The notes below the pieces were generated by a model. The model was not told the DNA's origin. It saw only the letters and a list, made by a program, of their open reading frames with translations, and did no database searches. A stretch of DNA of 64,000 nucleotides from the human T2T-CHM13v2.0 reference genome, Homo sapiens, in assembly GCF_009914755.1 (NCBI RefSeq), contig NC_060930.1; one strand, written 5' to 3'. The position numbers and the translations under genes are program-made. Below, one piece after another: positions 11,082-25,169 of this stretch. Position 1 is the stretch's first letter, and every line of letters begins with the position of its first letter.

Positions 11082-11593
11082 ATGTGGCTACGTGCTTTTC
11101 CTGCCTTTACATAGAACAGAAGTTATCTCTTGGCAAAGAGAACAGAGACAAAATGAGAGAACAATGAAACTAGATTTCTCTATATTGATCTGAAGTTTGA
11201 ACTGATGTTATACTAATGATCAGGATAAAAGATTAAAGCAAAGAGACTGATAAAAGGGAACAGTGACATATTTCACTCTATGCAAAATTATGTAAGTACT
11301 GCATTTATTTATAGTATCTTGAGAAATTTTCCCAAGGGGAGAAATGTAAATGGACTACAGATAATCAGAAAAAGTACTAAATTTAAGAGTGTAGGTTTTG
11401 CTTTAAAATATAGATACTATGGTTTCTTTAGGTAACTATGATAATAGCTCACCACTCTAGCCTTAATTTGTCAGAATCTGCAAGTGAGGTATAGCTACAG
11501 GTGTTTCTAATGAGAAATGAAATTCTGTGGTGTCTTTGTATTCATTCTTACAAACAGCTTGTGTGCAATAATCTACTAAATTTGATTTGCTCT

Positions 11594-11598
<5 letters not shown>

Positions 11599-11630
<32 letters not shown>

Positions 11631-11915
11631 ATACAGGGTGTCACACATTTGTCCAGGCTGGAGTGCAGTGGCGTGAACGTGGTTCACTGCAGTCTCTAAC
11701 TCCTGGGCTCAAGGGATCCTCCTGCCTCAGTCTCTTGAGTAGCTACAGTAGTTCACCACTGCACCTAGATAATTATAATTTTTTTTTTTTTTGTAAAGAC
11801 AGGGTCTCCATATATTTCCCAGGCTGGTTTCAAACTTCTGTCCTCAAGCAATCGATTCTCCCACCTCAACCTCTCAAAGTGCTGGGATTATATGTGTGAG
11901 CCACCGCACTGGGCC
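11599..11915 (-). mobile_element. AluJ
   Basis: Poly-T then diverged Alu dimer ending 'gagccaccgcactgggcc'. Confidence 0.9.
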
Positions 11916-12639
11916 ATAAATTTTAAAAGGCTGTTTATGAAGCAATTTTAAGAGGAGAGTAAAGAAGAAGACCAAATTTAGGTATGGATTTCAAAAAGCC
12001 TTGGCACGATCTCTAAAACTTTTGCCCACACAAGCAATTGTAGAGAGCTACTCAGAGTCTTTCTTTCCCAGGTGAATATTTCTGATGCTACAAATTTAGC
12101 TCAAATATTAATTTTTATTTTCATAACATTCCCATTCTCTCCTCTTTCAGTCTCTCTCTCTCTCTTTTCCCTATTATATCTGTCTTTAAATTTATATTAC
12201 TACTAGCTTATACTCGACCAAGCTTAGAACAACCCAGTGTGAGAAAATGGTTTAAACATCACAGTTATGGAATGGTTATTAGGAATGCTGGTTCAAACAT
12301 GCTGCTTATCTGATCAACTCTCAATGAAGGGCTTTTTAAAATTTTAACACAAATTTTGTAGCATTCTATTGATTCATATTTTGATTCTCAAAAATAACTA
12401 TTTCCAGGTTGTCCCTACTGAGTATTTTGGACTCGTATATTGAATGGAAACTCAGGGAACACCACCTGTAAGAGCAGGAGGTAAAGGCAGATGCGAGGGA
12501 GGGAGGGAAAGTAGCAGCCTCAGGTTCTCCATTCTCCAGGGAGGAACTCCAGAGATACAAATGCCCACCAAACCCACAGCAAGGCCTTCTGGGAGTAACT
12601 TCTAAGTTTTTGTCTCTCTCACTCTCTCATATTCCTACC

Positions 12640-14230
12640 TTCTCCTAGGACATTCACTTCCCTTTTCTTTGAAACCTATAATATTGGGATCGACCTAAAC
12701 TTTGTATAGGTGTTCAAATCTATTGTAAAATTCACTGTTTGACCTATTGCAATATGGGCTCTTTCCCTTCCCCTCCAAGTAATTCTCTTACACCACTCCA
12801 TTCTCCTCCTACTTCTCTGACTTCCCTTGGTTTCATGAGGGGCTTCTTTTTTTAATGTCTTCTAAACTTTTGATGATCTTGTTTTTTTTGTTTGTTTGTT
12901 TGTTTTTTGTTTGTTTGGTTTTTTTTCTTTCACATACTTTATCTGAAAGATGTCATTTTATTTCAGGGTATTATCTACGGCCTATTAAAGACTTCCACAA
13001 TGGATTTTTCCAGTATAGACTTCTCCTGGGAAAAAAACATATTTATCTCCTTCGAATATCTATGCCTGAAATTCAGTCTCTTTCATCTCAACCTCCTCAA
13101 TCAGTCTCCCTTCCCTGCTCCTTCTCCTGTGACCTTCTCTACAACCCTTTCTCTTATATCATTCACTGCTGAACTACTACCAAATCATGCAGATGTTATT
13201 TTAAAAATATTTCTTGATCCTGATATCACCTGAAGAAAATCAAAAGTTCTCCTCCTAGAATATGGCTTCCTGAGGGTAATGAGTGTTTTAAATTAAAAGC
13301 CCTTAGAGATCAACAGGCGTTGGAAGAGACTTTTCCCCCATCTACATAAAGATAGGACCCATGAAGGAGAACATTTCTTCTTGTTCCCCTCCCCACATTA
13401 TCTTATTATCCATTATAGGAAAGAAGACCAAAAAAATATAACTACACCTGAACAGACCCTTTTTCAAGATAATGACTGTCTTCAAGGAACATTTAAATTC
13501 CAAAGAGAACTATTTTCACAAGTTAATTTCTGATCTCCGTCCAATCTTTTTCCCTAGTAATTATTTATTGTTCCTTAATAGAATTTCTCTTCCCTCTTTC
13601 CACAACCTGTTTTACCAGGCAGGGTCCAAGCTCCATTCTTTCTGTAACCTCAAGATGGTATATACGCTCTTGTACCACATTTGGAAAGTTGGGTCTTCAT
13701 TCTAAAGGCTCCCCTGTGCATATGTTAAATAAATTGTATGCCTTTTCTCCTATTAATCTGCCTTTTGCAAGCTGATTTTTTTCCAGAGAACCTTCTGAAG
13801 GCCAGTGGGAAAGTTGGACCCAACATACTTTTCTCATCGCTTCTTGCCTGGATTACTGTAGTAACCTTCTAGCTCGTCTCCCTGTCTCAAAATGTTTGTT
13901 ACTGAAGCCCATGCCTCACACCACTATCAAAGTGGACCATCAAAAATCCATTTTGCTACCATCTGATTCAAACCATAAAATCGCTCTACTTGACCAAGTA
14001 TATACATTTCCTACTAACTAGACACCTCTACATTTCAGTCCTCCTCCCCATCCCAGTTTGTTGCCAATGCTTCTTTTCGCACTTTATTTCTCTTACCTTC
14101 ATGCCCTTGTTCCTGCTGTTTTCTCTGAATCATCCTTCCCTCTTATCTTCATCTAACTGTTGCTCACTCATTAATGTATCAACTCCTTCACAATGCCTTC
14201 CTGACTACTCTTCAGGACCGTCACCCTCCT
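12640..14230 (+). mobile_element. L2 fragments (split by the LTR at 13231-13825)
   Basis: Pyrimidine-rich L2 sense motifs 'tcttgcctggattactgtagtaaccttctagc', 'ttctcctcctacttctctgac'. Confidence 0.55.
13231..13825 (+). mobile_element. ERV1 solo LTR, MER34/MER39 family
   Basis: Starts TGAAGAAAATCAAAA, contains 'ttctttctgtaacctcaagatggtata', 'aataaattgtatgccttttctcctattaatctgcc', ends CA. Confidence 0.7.
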
Positions 14231-15270
14231 GAAGGGGTAAGATTTCCTCCATGGTTTGGGGCCTCATGATCGAAACAACTGCTTCTGCACCTTAAACTGA
14301 AGCGATGATACAGAGTAGCACTGAATCGGTGTTAATAAGCAGGCAATAAGGCTATAGCCCCCAAGCCTCTATATTTTTCTAAAAAATTGGAAAACAGCCA
14401 AGTGGCAAAGGTTAAATTAAGGGAAGTGCATCTTCATTCAAGGCAAGTATTTTAAACAGCCTCTAGGTAGCATCTGTTATGTGAAGAAAGTTGAGGGTGG
14501 TGAGTAGGAGGGTGGGGACCGGGGTGGGCAGTGAGGTGTGAACAAGAGAGAAAATAGTAAATAAAAAGAAGGCGTGATTTCAGGTTTTAAAATTATGTCC
14601 AAAACTTTGGCTATGGTTACTCCCAAATAGAACTGAGTAAGAACGAAAACATGGAAACCTATTAAGCTTTTGAAGACTTTATGTTGTCAAAGAATCCACA
14701 TGTTATGCTTACAAAGACTTCTAATTATTCAAATCCTAAATCAGACAATTCTGTAAGCCAGATTGCAAAGTTGGGCAGCCATCAAACATACATACTACTT
14801 TCAACATGTCCAGAGAGAATGAAAGATAGACTTGAAAGGTACTTCGCAGAGGCCAAAGCCATGAGGTCATGGAAAACAGAGTACTGGAGAGCTCCTCACA
14901 GAGAACAGCGTGCTGGAGAGCTTCTCACAGAGGTAAGAATCAGTGACAGTCAGACAGGCTCTATAAGAAACTTACTCTAAGGGAAGGAATCTTTGCAGTT
15001 CATATCCAACAGCCCTTGATAATCCCTGTGGACAGATGACTGACATTTCTCATTTTTTCCTATTTAAAACAGATATTATTACAGATCTCCTGGTCTTAAT
15101 CCACCATTGTAAACTTAGTGTGTGTGTATTGGTAGAGGGGGCAGGGTGGTGGGGAACATATTTTCTTTCATTTCATAGGTTGCCAGGTGCTGAATGGGAC
15201 TTAGAGAGGCTTTAATATATTCCTTATATGACACTTAGGTAAGCAAAAGAATGGATTGTGGGAAAGATGA

Positions 15271-15280
<10 letters not shown>

Positions 15281-15315
<35 letters not shown>

Positions 15316-16659
15316 TTTTTTTATTGATAATTCTTGGGTGTTTCTCACAGAGGGGGATTTGGCAGGGTCATGGGACAATAGTGGAGGGAAGGTCAGCAGA
15401 TAAACAAGTGAACAAAGGTCTCTGGTTTTCCTAGGCAGAGGACCCTGCGGCCTTCCGCAGTGTTTGTGTCCCTGGGTACTTGAGATTAGGGAGTGGTGAT
15501 GACTCTTAACGAGCATGCTGCCTTCAAGCATCTGTTTAACAAAGCACATCTTGCACCGCCCTTAATCCATTTAACCCTGAGTGGACACAGCACATGTTTC
15601 AGAGAGCACAGGGTTGGGGGTAAGGTCACAGATCAACAGGATCCCAAGGCAGAGGAATTTTTCTTAGTGCAGAACAAAATGAAAAGTCTCCCATGTCTAC
15701 TTCTTTCTACACAGACACGGCAACCATCCGATTTCTCAATCTTTTCCCCACCTTTCCCGCCTTTCTATTCCACAAAGCCGCCATTGTCATCCTGGCCCGT
15801 TCTCAATGAGCTGTTGGGCACACCTCCCAGACGGGGTGGTGGCCGGGCAGAGGGGCTCCTCACTTCCCAGTAGGGGCGGCCGGGCAGAGGCGCCCCTCAC
15901 CTCCCGGACGGGGCGGCTGGCCGGGCAGGGGGGCTGACCCCCCCCACCTCCCTCCCGGACGGGGCGGCTGGCCGGGCGGGGGGCTGACCCCCCAACCTCC
16001 CTCCCGGACGGGGCGGCTGGCCGGGCGGGGGGCTGACCCCCCCCACCTCCCTCCCGGACGGGGCGGCTGGCCGGGCAGAGGCGCCCCTCACCTCCCGGAC
16101 GGGGCGGCTGGCCGGGCAGGGGGGCCGACCCCCCCCACCTCCCTCCCGGACGGGGCGGCTGGCCGGGCGGGGGGCCGACCCCCCCACCTCCCTCCCGGAC
16201 GGGGCGGCTGGCCGGGCGGGGGGCCGACCCCCCACCTCCCTCCCGGACGGGGCGGCTGGCCGGGCAGAGGGGCTCCTCACTTCCCAGTAGGGGCGGCCGG
16301 GCAGAGGCGCCCCTCACCTCCCAGACAGGGCGGCTGGCTGGGCGGGGGGGCTGACCCCCCCACCTCCCTCCCGGACGGGGCGGCTGGCCGGGCGGGGGGC
16401 CGACCCCCCCACCTCCCTCCCGGACGGGGCGGCTGGCCGGGCGGGGGGCCGACCCCCCCACCTCCCTCCCGGACGGGGCGGCTGGCCGGGCAGAGGGGCT
16501 CCTCACTTCCCAGTAGGGGCGGCCGGGCAGAGGCGCCCCTCACCTCCCAGATGGGGCGGCTGGCCGGGCGGAGGGCTGACCCCCCCACCTCCCTCCCGGA
16601 CATGGCGGCTGGCCGGGCGGGGGGCTGACCCCCCCACCTCCCTCCCGGACGGGGCGGCT
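15281..16659 (-). mobile_element. SVA retrotransposon, 5'-truncated within the VNTR (young, SVA_E/F-like)
   Basis: Pure poly(T) to 15309, polyA signal, SINE-R (~15310-15820), GC-rich VNTR (~15820-16659); no Alu-like domain or CCCTCT hexamer; 15-bp TSD gatgattttcttctt at 15266-15280 and 16660-16674. Confidence 0.97.
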
Positions 16660-17659
16660 GATGATTTTCTTCTTATCCATGGTAATGAAATCTTACCTTT
16701 TACAAGGCCATCCAAAATAAAGAGTACATGTGTAGCTTTTTTTGCAGCTGGTTGGTTGTGTTGATATGACTTTGTTCTGGCTTCTAGAACAAAAAGAGTA
16801 TGTGCTTCTAGGTTTTTCTCTTAAAAGGATATCCTTCCCTTGCTCCCTTTTCCTTTCCCAGTTGTGGGAAAGTAAGGGCTGGGCATCATTTGCAAGATGG
16901 AAGCCACATATTGTGAAGGTTGGAGCACTGATGTAGATGGAGGATTTATTCTTGAGGCTTGTGGAACTATGATGCAAGCCAAATGACTTGTTTGGGGATT
17001 TGGGGACCTTCTTTATCCCATCATCAAACCAGTATCATAATTAATGTAAATTAAAGATAAAAAGTATCCAAATAGGCCAACATAATTAATTCAACTTTAT
17101 TATTAAACCATGTGTTCATTTGAAGAGTTTTGTGATTTTTACTTTTTCAAAAGCAATTCCAAACTTTCTCCAGAATCTGCAATAGCAAAATCACACATGT
17201 ATACACAGTTATTTTTCCTTTCACCCACCATCAATTTACTTGAGGGGTACAGTGAGATATAGACTGGAAGTAGGACACCATTGGTGGACAGATGAAAATG
17301 AGATAATCAGATTCCACCCTCTTTGGATGTGTATTTTTGGCTCCTTTGAATTCAAATGGCAGATACTTATATTGTTGCATGTTTTTGTTAAATATTAACT
17401 TATAGTGGCCCAAATCACCAAGAGTTGAATTGCAAATGAATACAAAAATGATGAAAAGTGAACTTAATTCGAGAAATTTAGGGAAGGGATAGGAGTAAGT
17501 ACATTTATGAGAGAGCTGAAACATTGAAGGCCAGGGATTTCCTTGACTCTGGAAATAAGAGAAAATTCTAAAGGCCAATTCATTTGAGCCTGGTCAATAT
17601 ATTGCGAGGGAACTAGATAGTTCTCTTCTCTCTATCTGTGTCCTCTCCTTCCTTGGCTG

Positions 17660-18324
17660 GAGAGATTATCCTGGATTATCTGTGTGAGCTGTAAATGCCA
17701 TCAAATTTTCCTTGTAAGACAGAGGCATGGCCGGGCATGGTGGCTCATGCCTGTAATACTAACACTTTGGGAGGCTGAGGCAGGTAGATCACCTGAGGTT
17801 AGGAGTTCAAGACCAGCCTGGCCAACATGGTGAAACCTCATCTCTGCTAAAAATACAAAAATTAGCTGGGCATGGTGGTGCTTCACTGTAATCCCAGCTA
17901 CTCTGGAGGCTGAGGCAAGAGAATCTTTTGAACCCAGGAGGCAGAGGTTGTGGTGAGCCAAGATCATGCCATTGCACTCTAGCCTGGGCAAGAGTGAGAC
18001 TCTATCTAAAAAAAAAAAAAGAGAGAGAGAAAGAGAGGCAGAGGGAGATTTGACACATAGGGAAGAGTATGTAAAGACAGCAGCAGAGATTGCAGGGATG
18101 CAGGCACAAGCCACGGAATGCCAATGAATGCTAGCAGCCACCAGAATCTAGAAAATGCAAGGAACAAGTTCTTCCTCAGAACCTCTATACAGAAGGTCGC
18201 CTTGCCCACATCTGATTTTGGTCGTCTGGCTTCCAGGACTGTGACAGAATACTTTTCTGTTGTTTTTAGCTACCAAGGCTGTAGTGAATTTTTTTTTTTA
18301 CAGCAGCTTAAGGATATTAATACA
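17660..18324 (+). mobile_element. MLT1 (MLT1C/D-like) MaLR LTR, split by an Alu
   Basis: 'gattatcctggattatct', 'cacaagccacggaatgcc', 'tggcttccaggactgtgacagaata', ends 'taataca'. Confidence 0.75.
17729..18020 (+). mobile_element. AluS
   Basis: Full dimer with A tail; 'agaggca' flanks both sides. Confidence 0.93.
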
Positions 18325-19690
18325 GTGGGCAAGTTATAACTAGATAGCATACTTTGAATTGTCTTCTTTTAAATAATTGTATACCTCAAGGTTACTCACT
18401 AATTCATTCCATTTTCTCTGTAAGTAGAGTTCTTTTCTGTAATTGACTGTGGGTGCACATGTGTGTATATGTAGTCATGCTGACTTTGCCCTTTCAGTAT
18501 TTAAGTAGACAGAGTGATTCTATGGCAATCTTTTCTACATGCCTCATTCTTTCTTGCTCTTTATGACTTCAGTTTTTCGAGCCTGTTTTTGTCAAAAAAA
18601 TAAAGTTATAAGTAAGTTAATTACTTCAAGTAGTTTCATCTATTACCCCTGCTCTTTGCTGATACATGCAAATACAATTACTGCTTTGCCTGGTCTGGCA
18701 GTAGGATAGACATCTGATGGATGAAGTTCTTTATAAGGTATTTTACTTTTCTAAGCATTGCATAGGCTTTTCTTAGGGTCATATCCACGATGGATAGACT
18801 ATATGTTTTCAAAAAGTGAACAGCTAAGATTTAGAAGTCAGCAAATTGGTCTATAGACAAGGTCAGTCAAAGTCTTTGCTGTATTAAGTCTATGCTCTAC
18901 TGGGGAAGACGTACAAGAGAGGTATGGATAATATTTGACAAATGTTAAATTACTGTGTTTGTATCCCTCTCCCCCATAAACCATGTTTCATCACAGTGAT
19001 TTTATTGGGGTTGCGCATGGAAAGGAGGTGTTGACAAATGCTTCAGGAAGAAGGAAGACACAGACATAGTGAAAGTCTATGTCACAAAGCAGGCAGACAG
19101 AACACTCCCTTCTTTCACTGGCTTATGGGCAGAAAAAGAGAAAGAAAACATAAGATATCATGAGAAGGAAAACAGTCAGACATGGGGTTTTGATGAAGGA
19201 TGTGCCCTTTAAGGAACATTAAGGCAACAAGGGTTTTGGCCCGGCCGCCCATTAGGTCTCTGGGAGGAGCCCATGAACGGAGTGGCCACACAAAATGAAA
19301 TGGCCCACATCAGGTAAGTAGGTGGATTGGCATACACACACTGAGTCAGAGTTCTGTTTTTCCTCCTGAAACTCCCTTAGGTACTGTGTAATGTGAATGC
19401 TGAGTTGACAGCCCAGTCCCTGGCCAAGCCAAGCACACTCAACCACAAGCTCATCAGATATAGATGTCAGCAGCAGACACTAACAGAAAGCCCAAGGGTG
19501 GGACTGAGCCAACCACAGCTCACTGGATCCCAGCCAAGTACACAAACAAGGCAGCACAGGATGGTGGTTAAAGACATGGGTTATGGAGCAGTCTGCCTGG
19601 ATACAATTCTTGTCTCTGTAGTAATTTTGCATAAATCATATTGCCTCTCTCTGCCTCAGTTTCTCCAACTGTAAATCTTAATAAAGGTTG

Positions 19691-20364
<674 letters not shown>

Positions 20365-20879
20365 GTTTACCTGACAGAGTTGTTGTGATGATTAAATTAA
20401 GCAATGCATGTAATCAACTTAGAACAATTCTGGGATTATAATAATCATTCATTAAACATGCTTGAGTTACCCAAGAACCAGCATGAGACCAGGAAATTCC
20501 CTTTCCATATTGCTGTGATGACACATAAATACTTCCCCTTTTCCAACTTGAGGAAAGCAAGGAGTTCAGAAGATACATGTAAAAGATGAAATAATTATTT
20601 CAAACAAATCTAGAGACGATTTAAACCCTTGGATTGAATTAAGTTTTAAAGTGAAATATACTACATAGAATTTCTTTTTCACTTTTCCTTGCTACTAGCT
20701 GGTGTGGTTGGGGACAGGCTCATGAGTAAGACCACGTTAGTTAATAGACTAAGAAAAAAATACTTCATTTTCTTTGCCTTTAATAAATTGTAGTATAGAT
20801 TAAAGCCTGGTTCTGGGCCCAAGTAAATGAATGACCATTTTCTGATAGTAATGATTTGTGACAAAACTTCAGGTGAATA

Positions 20880-21780
20880 AAATCATGTATAATAACGGGT
20901 CAAAGCAGGAACTTTAGAGCCAGGGAAGAACTCCCTGAGAAGGTAACATTGGAGCTTAGACTTGAATTTGAGAAGGAGCCACACTGACTTATATTTGGAG
21001 GAAGAGCTTTTCAGATAGATGGAGTAGCAATGCAAAGGTCTGTTGGCCACAATGAATTGCTGTGTTTTCAGAACAGAGGGAGAGCCAATGTGCCCAGAAT
21101 GATGGAGATGGAGGCATAGGCCATGGAAGTATTTCCAGGCTGTGGTAGGGAGTCTAGGTTTTATTCTAAAAGTAATGAGAAACCATATAATATTTTTAAT
21201 CAAAGAGTAAGATGACAGATTTACATTTTTACAAGTCACTTATATGCATGGAATATGGATTCTAAAGGGAAATTAGTGGAAGAGATGTAGATTGTCCACT
21301 GTAGGTAATCCAGACAAGTGAACCTGGTTTGAACTAGGGTGATGGCAGTGCATATGGGAGAAAGTGGGTGGATACAGAATATATTTGAGTAGTGGAGACA
21401 ACAGTTTGTGCTGATGCATTAGTTGTGAAGTTGAGAAATTAACAACTTCTTGAATTTTGGCCTTGGCATTGGTGGACAAAAATAAATACCCCTTACCGAG
21501 GTGAGAAAGAATGGTTTTTGGGGTTTGTGGCCACAAGACAGAACAGGCATCAAATATTCTGTTTTGAATGTATTTAATTTAAGGTGCTTAGTACATAGCC
21601 AAGTATAAACACCAAAAAAGTAAAAAGTATGAATAAATCTAGAGCTCTCAGTAAAATTCATGGCTTTAACATGTAAATTTAGGTGTCACCATCCGTATAG
21701 ATAGATTTGGCATCATGGGACCATAAGCAATCATCTATTTGGAGAATGTAGATAAAGAAGAGGAGAGTGCTCAGATCTAT
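20880..21780 (-). mobile_element. L2 fragment
   Basis: 'ctaggttttattctaaaagtaatgagaaacc', 'gaactagggtgatggcagtg' antisense L2 motifs. Confidence 0.65.
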
Positions 21781-22329
21781 TTAGGATAAAGCAAAACCAA
21801 AACACAACACGTAAAGAACAAAAATGTTTCTTCATCTGTCTTTTGTGTATCTGCCAATACAGTGGAAAAGTGCACGCAGGGTACAAGCTAAACTTGGAAC
21901 ACTGATTCTGACATGGTTGTGGGATTGGAGGAAGTTGAAGGAAAATGTTACCTTTCTGCTGTATGCATTCTGTATTGTTTGAAGACACATGGCTTCAAAC
22001 ATGGAAAGTATCATGACTAATACATGTATCTTATAGATAATTTAGAAGATAATACCAAGCCAAAAAATAAAAGAAACTTTATTCATAACCCCACCCTCAG
22101 AAGCAACTACTGCTAACATTTTAACATATAGCCTTCTGGGCTTTTTCTTGTACAAATGTATTTAGATATAGAACCTTAAGTATTTTATTTTTAGTATTTC
22201 ACAAAAAAAGTTCTCCAGAGTTTGTGTTGTCAGTTTTCATTCTATCACAAGTTGATTTTTCTGAACTCCTAAGTTTTGATACCATTTATACTTCTGATCC
22301 AGAGTTTCATTCTGCTTATCCTACTTTTA

Positions 22330-22945
22330 TATCCTTTGACTACTTGTAGTTCCATTTGTGTGCCCTCTCAGAAGCCCAGATTTAATGTATCACACTTGAA
22401 ATGTATGTTTCCCCAATCTGCACATTCTGAATTTTCCAAACCAGAATTTTCAGGCAGGTTCTTATCCTTGACCTATTCCATTCTCTTACTTTCCATATCT
22501 AAAGAGTTAACATGTTCTATATCTTTTATACTCTGTACATCCTTTAAATCCAAATTTAGATATCCTTATTGCCACTGCTTACATTCAAGCTTTTAATGTT
22601 TTTATTGTTGTGACAGCTATTTAATTCTTTTGTTGCTGTGTTGTAATCTGATTTTTCTAAAAAAGTAAACCTGAGTATGTCACTCTCTCATCTAAAGCTT
22701 CTCAATGACAACCTACTGCCTTCAGGATAAAAGCTGAACTCCATAGTTTCACACAAGCCATTTCCTGATGGGGTTCCTCTGCCTTGGCTGCATTGTATCT
22801 TATCACCTTCCTTCTTGCATCTTTATCTCTAGTCACAGGGAGGCACCTGCAGTTTCCAGAATATAATCCAGCCTCCAATTTACCTACAGTTTCTGACAGA
22901 CTCCCTGGAACCAAATAGTCGTTCAATACATGCTTATTGAATACA
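22330..22945 (+). mobile_element. L2 fragment incl. 3' end
   Basis: 'ctactgccttcaggataaaagctgaactcc', ends 'tagtcgttcaatacatgcttattgaata'. Confidence 0.6.
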
Positions 22946-23347
22946 AAAATATAAGTTTAAGAAGGCCTCTAAAGCTTACAAGGTGGACATGAGAAGTAGC
23001 CGACTGTGTAGAGACGAAAAGTCCAAGTGAAAACATGAGCCGCAAATATCAAAAGGATTCAGAATCAGGAAGGATTATTTGAAACTATAGGGATGTAGTC
23101 TCCAGGGATTCATATTCGAATCCGGTGCTGTCCAATAGAAATATGATGTGAGTCACATAGCTAATTTTAAACTTCCTAGTAGCCACATTTTAAAAAATGA
23201 AAATAAACAAGTAAAAATAGCTTTATTAATATAATTAATATAGCCAATATATTGAAAATGTTTTCATTTCAACATGTAATTAATATTTAAAAATTAATAT
23301 TAAAATCATTGAGATATGTTACTTTTTGAATACTAATCAAAATCTAG

Positions 23348-23692
<345 letters not shown>

Positions 23693-23772
23693 TAAAGTTT
23701 TTTTTTTAATCAACTTGATTAATAAAATAATTTTTCATTAAGTTGAAACAGTAAGATTTTTTGTTGTTGTTC

Positions 23773-24122
<350 letters not shown>

Positions 24123-24869
24123 TAAAAGAAGGATACAGAACAGCTGTATCACTCCAAAAAATTCTTTTTTAAAAATTGACATTTAATAATTGTACATATT
24201 TCTGGGATACATAGTGATGTTTTAATACATGCACTATATAGTAATCAGGTCAGGATAATTTGTATATCCATCTAAAACCTTCCTCATTTCTTTGTGTTGG
24301 GAGCATTCAATATCCTCCTTCTAGCTATTTGAAATTACATAATATATTATTGTTAACTATAGTCATCCTACAACTTACAGCACATAGTAATATACTCAAT
24401 ATATACAATATAATTAAGCCACATTCTCAATATAGAGTAGTCACATATATTGCTCATATGTACAATAGATAGTATACACATCATAATGCAGATTAGGGCT
24501 CCATAATCGCATGTGGCTAGTGACTACTGTATTCCTATAAAATCTTCTAATCTTCTACAGAGAAGAAGCTGGGGTGGGCGCAGGGGGATCTGTTGAATAC
24601 CGTGTTGCTGTCATTGGAGTAAGAGCAAGCATCCAGAAGTTCAAGTTTGAGGGCTTTAGGAACATTAGTTCACTGTCTGTGGATGGGATTTGAGATGAGT
24701 CAGAAAAGTTGAAAGCAGTGACAAGAGTAAAAGAGTTAGGAAGAAATTTCATGAGGAAGAGTGACAATAATAACCATGATGCAGAAACAGGAAGTCCCAA
24801 ACTAAAAGTTCTGTGAGTGTGGTACAAGAAAATAGACCTACCTCAGGTAGGTTATCAAAAGGTTTATGT

Positions 24870-25169
24870 GGCTGGTCGTGGTGGTTCATGCCTGTAATCC
24901 AAGCACGTTCAGAGGATGAAGCAGGAGGATTGCTTGAAGCCAGCAGTTCAAGACCAGCCTGGGCAGCATAGCGAGATCCCTGTCTCTGCAATAAATTTTT
25001 TTAAAGACTTTCCAGGCATATGGTGCATGCCTGTAGCCTCAGCTACTTGGGAGGCTGATGTGGGAGTATTACTTGACCCTGGAGGTTCAAGGCTGTGGTG
25101 AGCCATAATTGTGCCACTGCAGTCCAACCTAGGTTACAGGGCAAGACCCTGTCTCAAAAGAAAAGAAAA
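24870..25169 (+). mobile_element. AluJ
   Basis: 'gcaggaggattgcttgaagcc'; TSD-like aaaaggtttatgt / aaaagtttatgt. Confidence 0.9.

Noticed and set aside
15820-16659. Regularly repeated units resembling a CRISPR-like array
   Set aside because: Tandem VNTR units with no unique spacers, in primate DNA, part of SVA
15787-16715. Long Pro/Gly/Arg-rich ORFs (239, 127, 108 aa)
   Set aside because: Translations of the stop-poor SVA VNTR, not genes
17701-18141. 146-aa ORF and similar ORFs (11501, 27849, 39819, 49309, 55239, 57617)
   Set aside because: Standard Alu-derived translations ([15 protein letters not shown])
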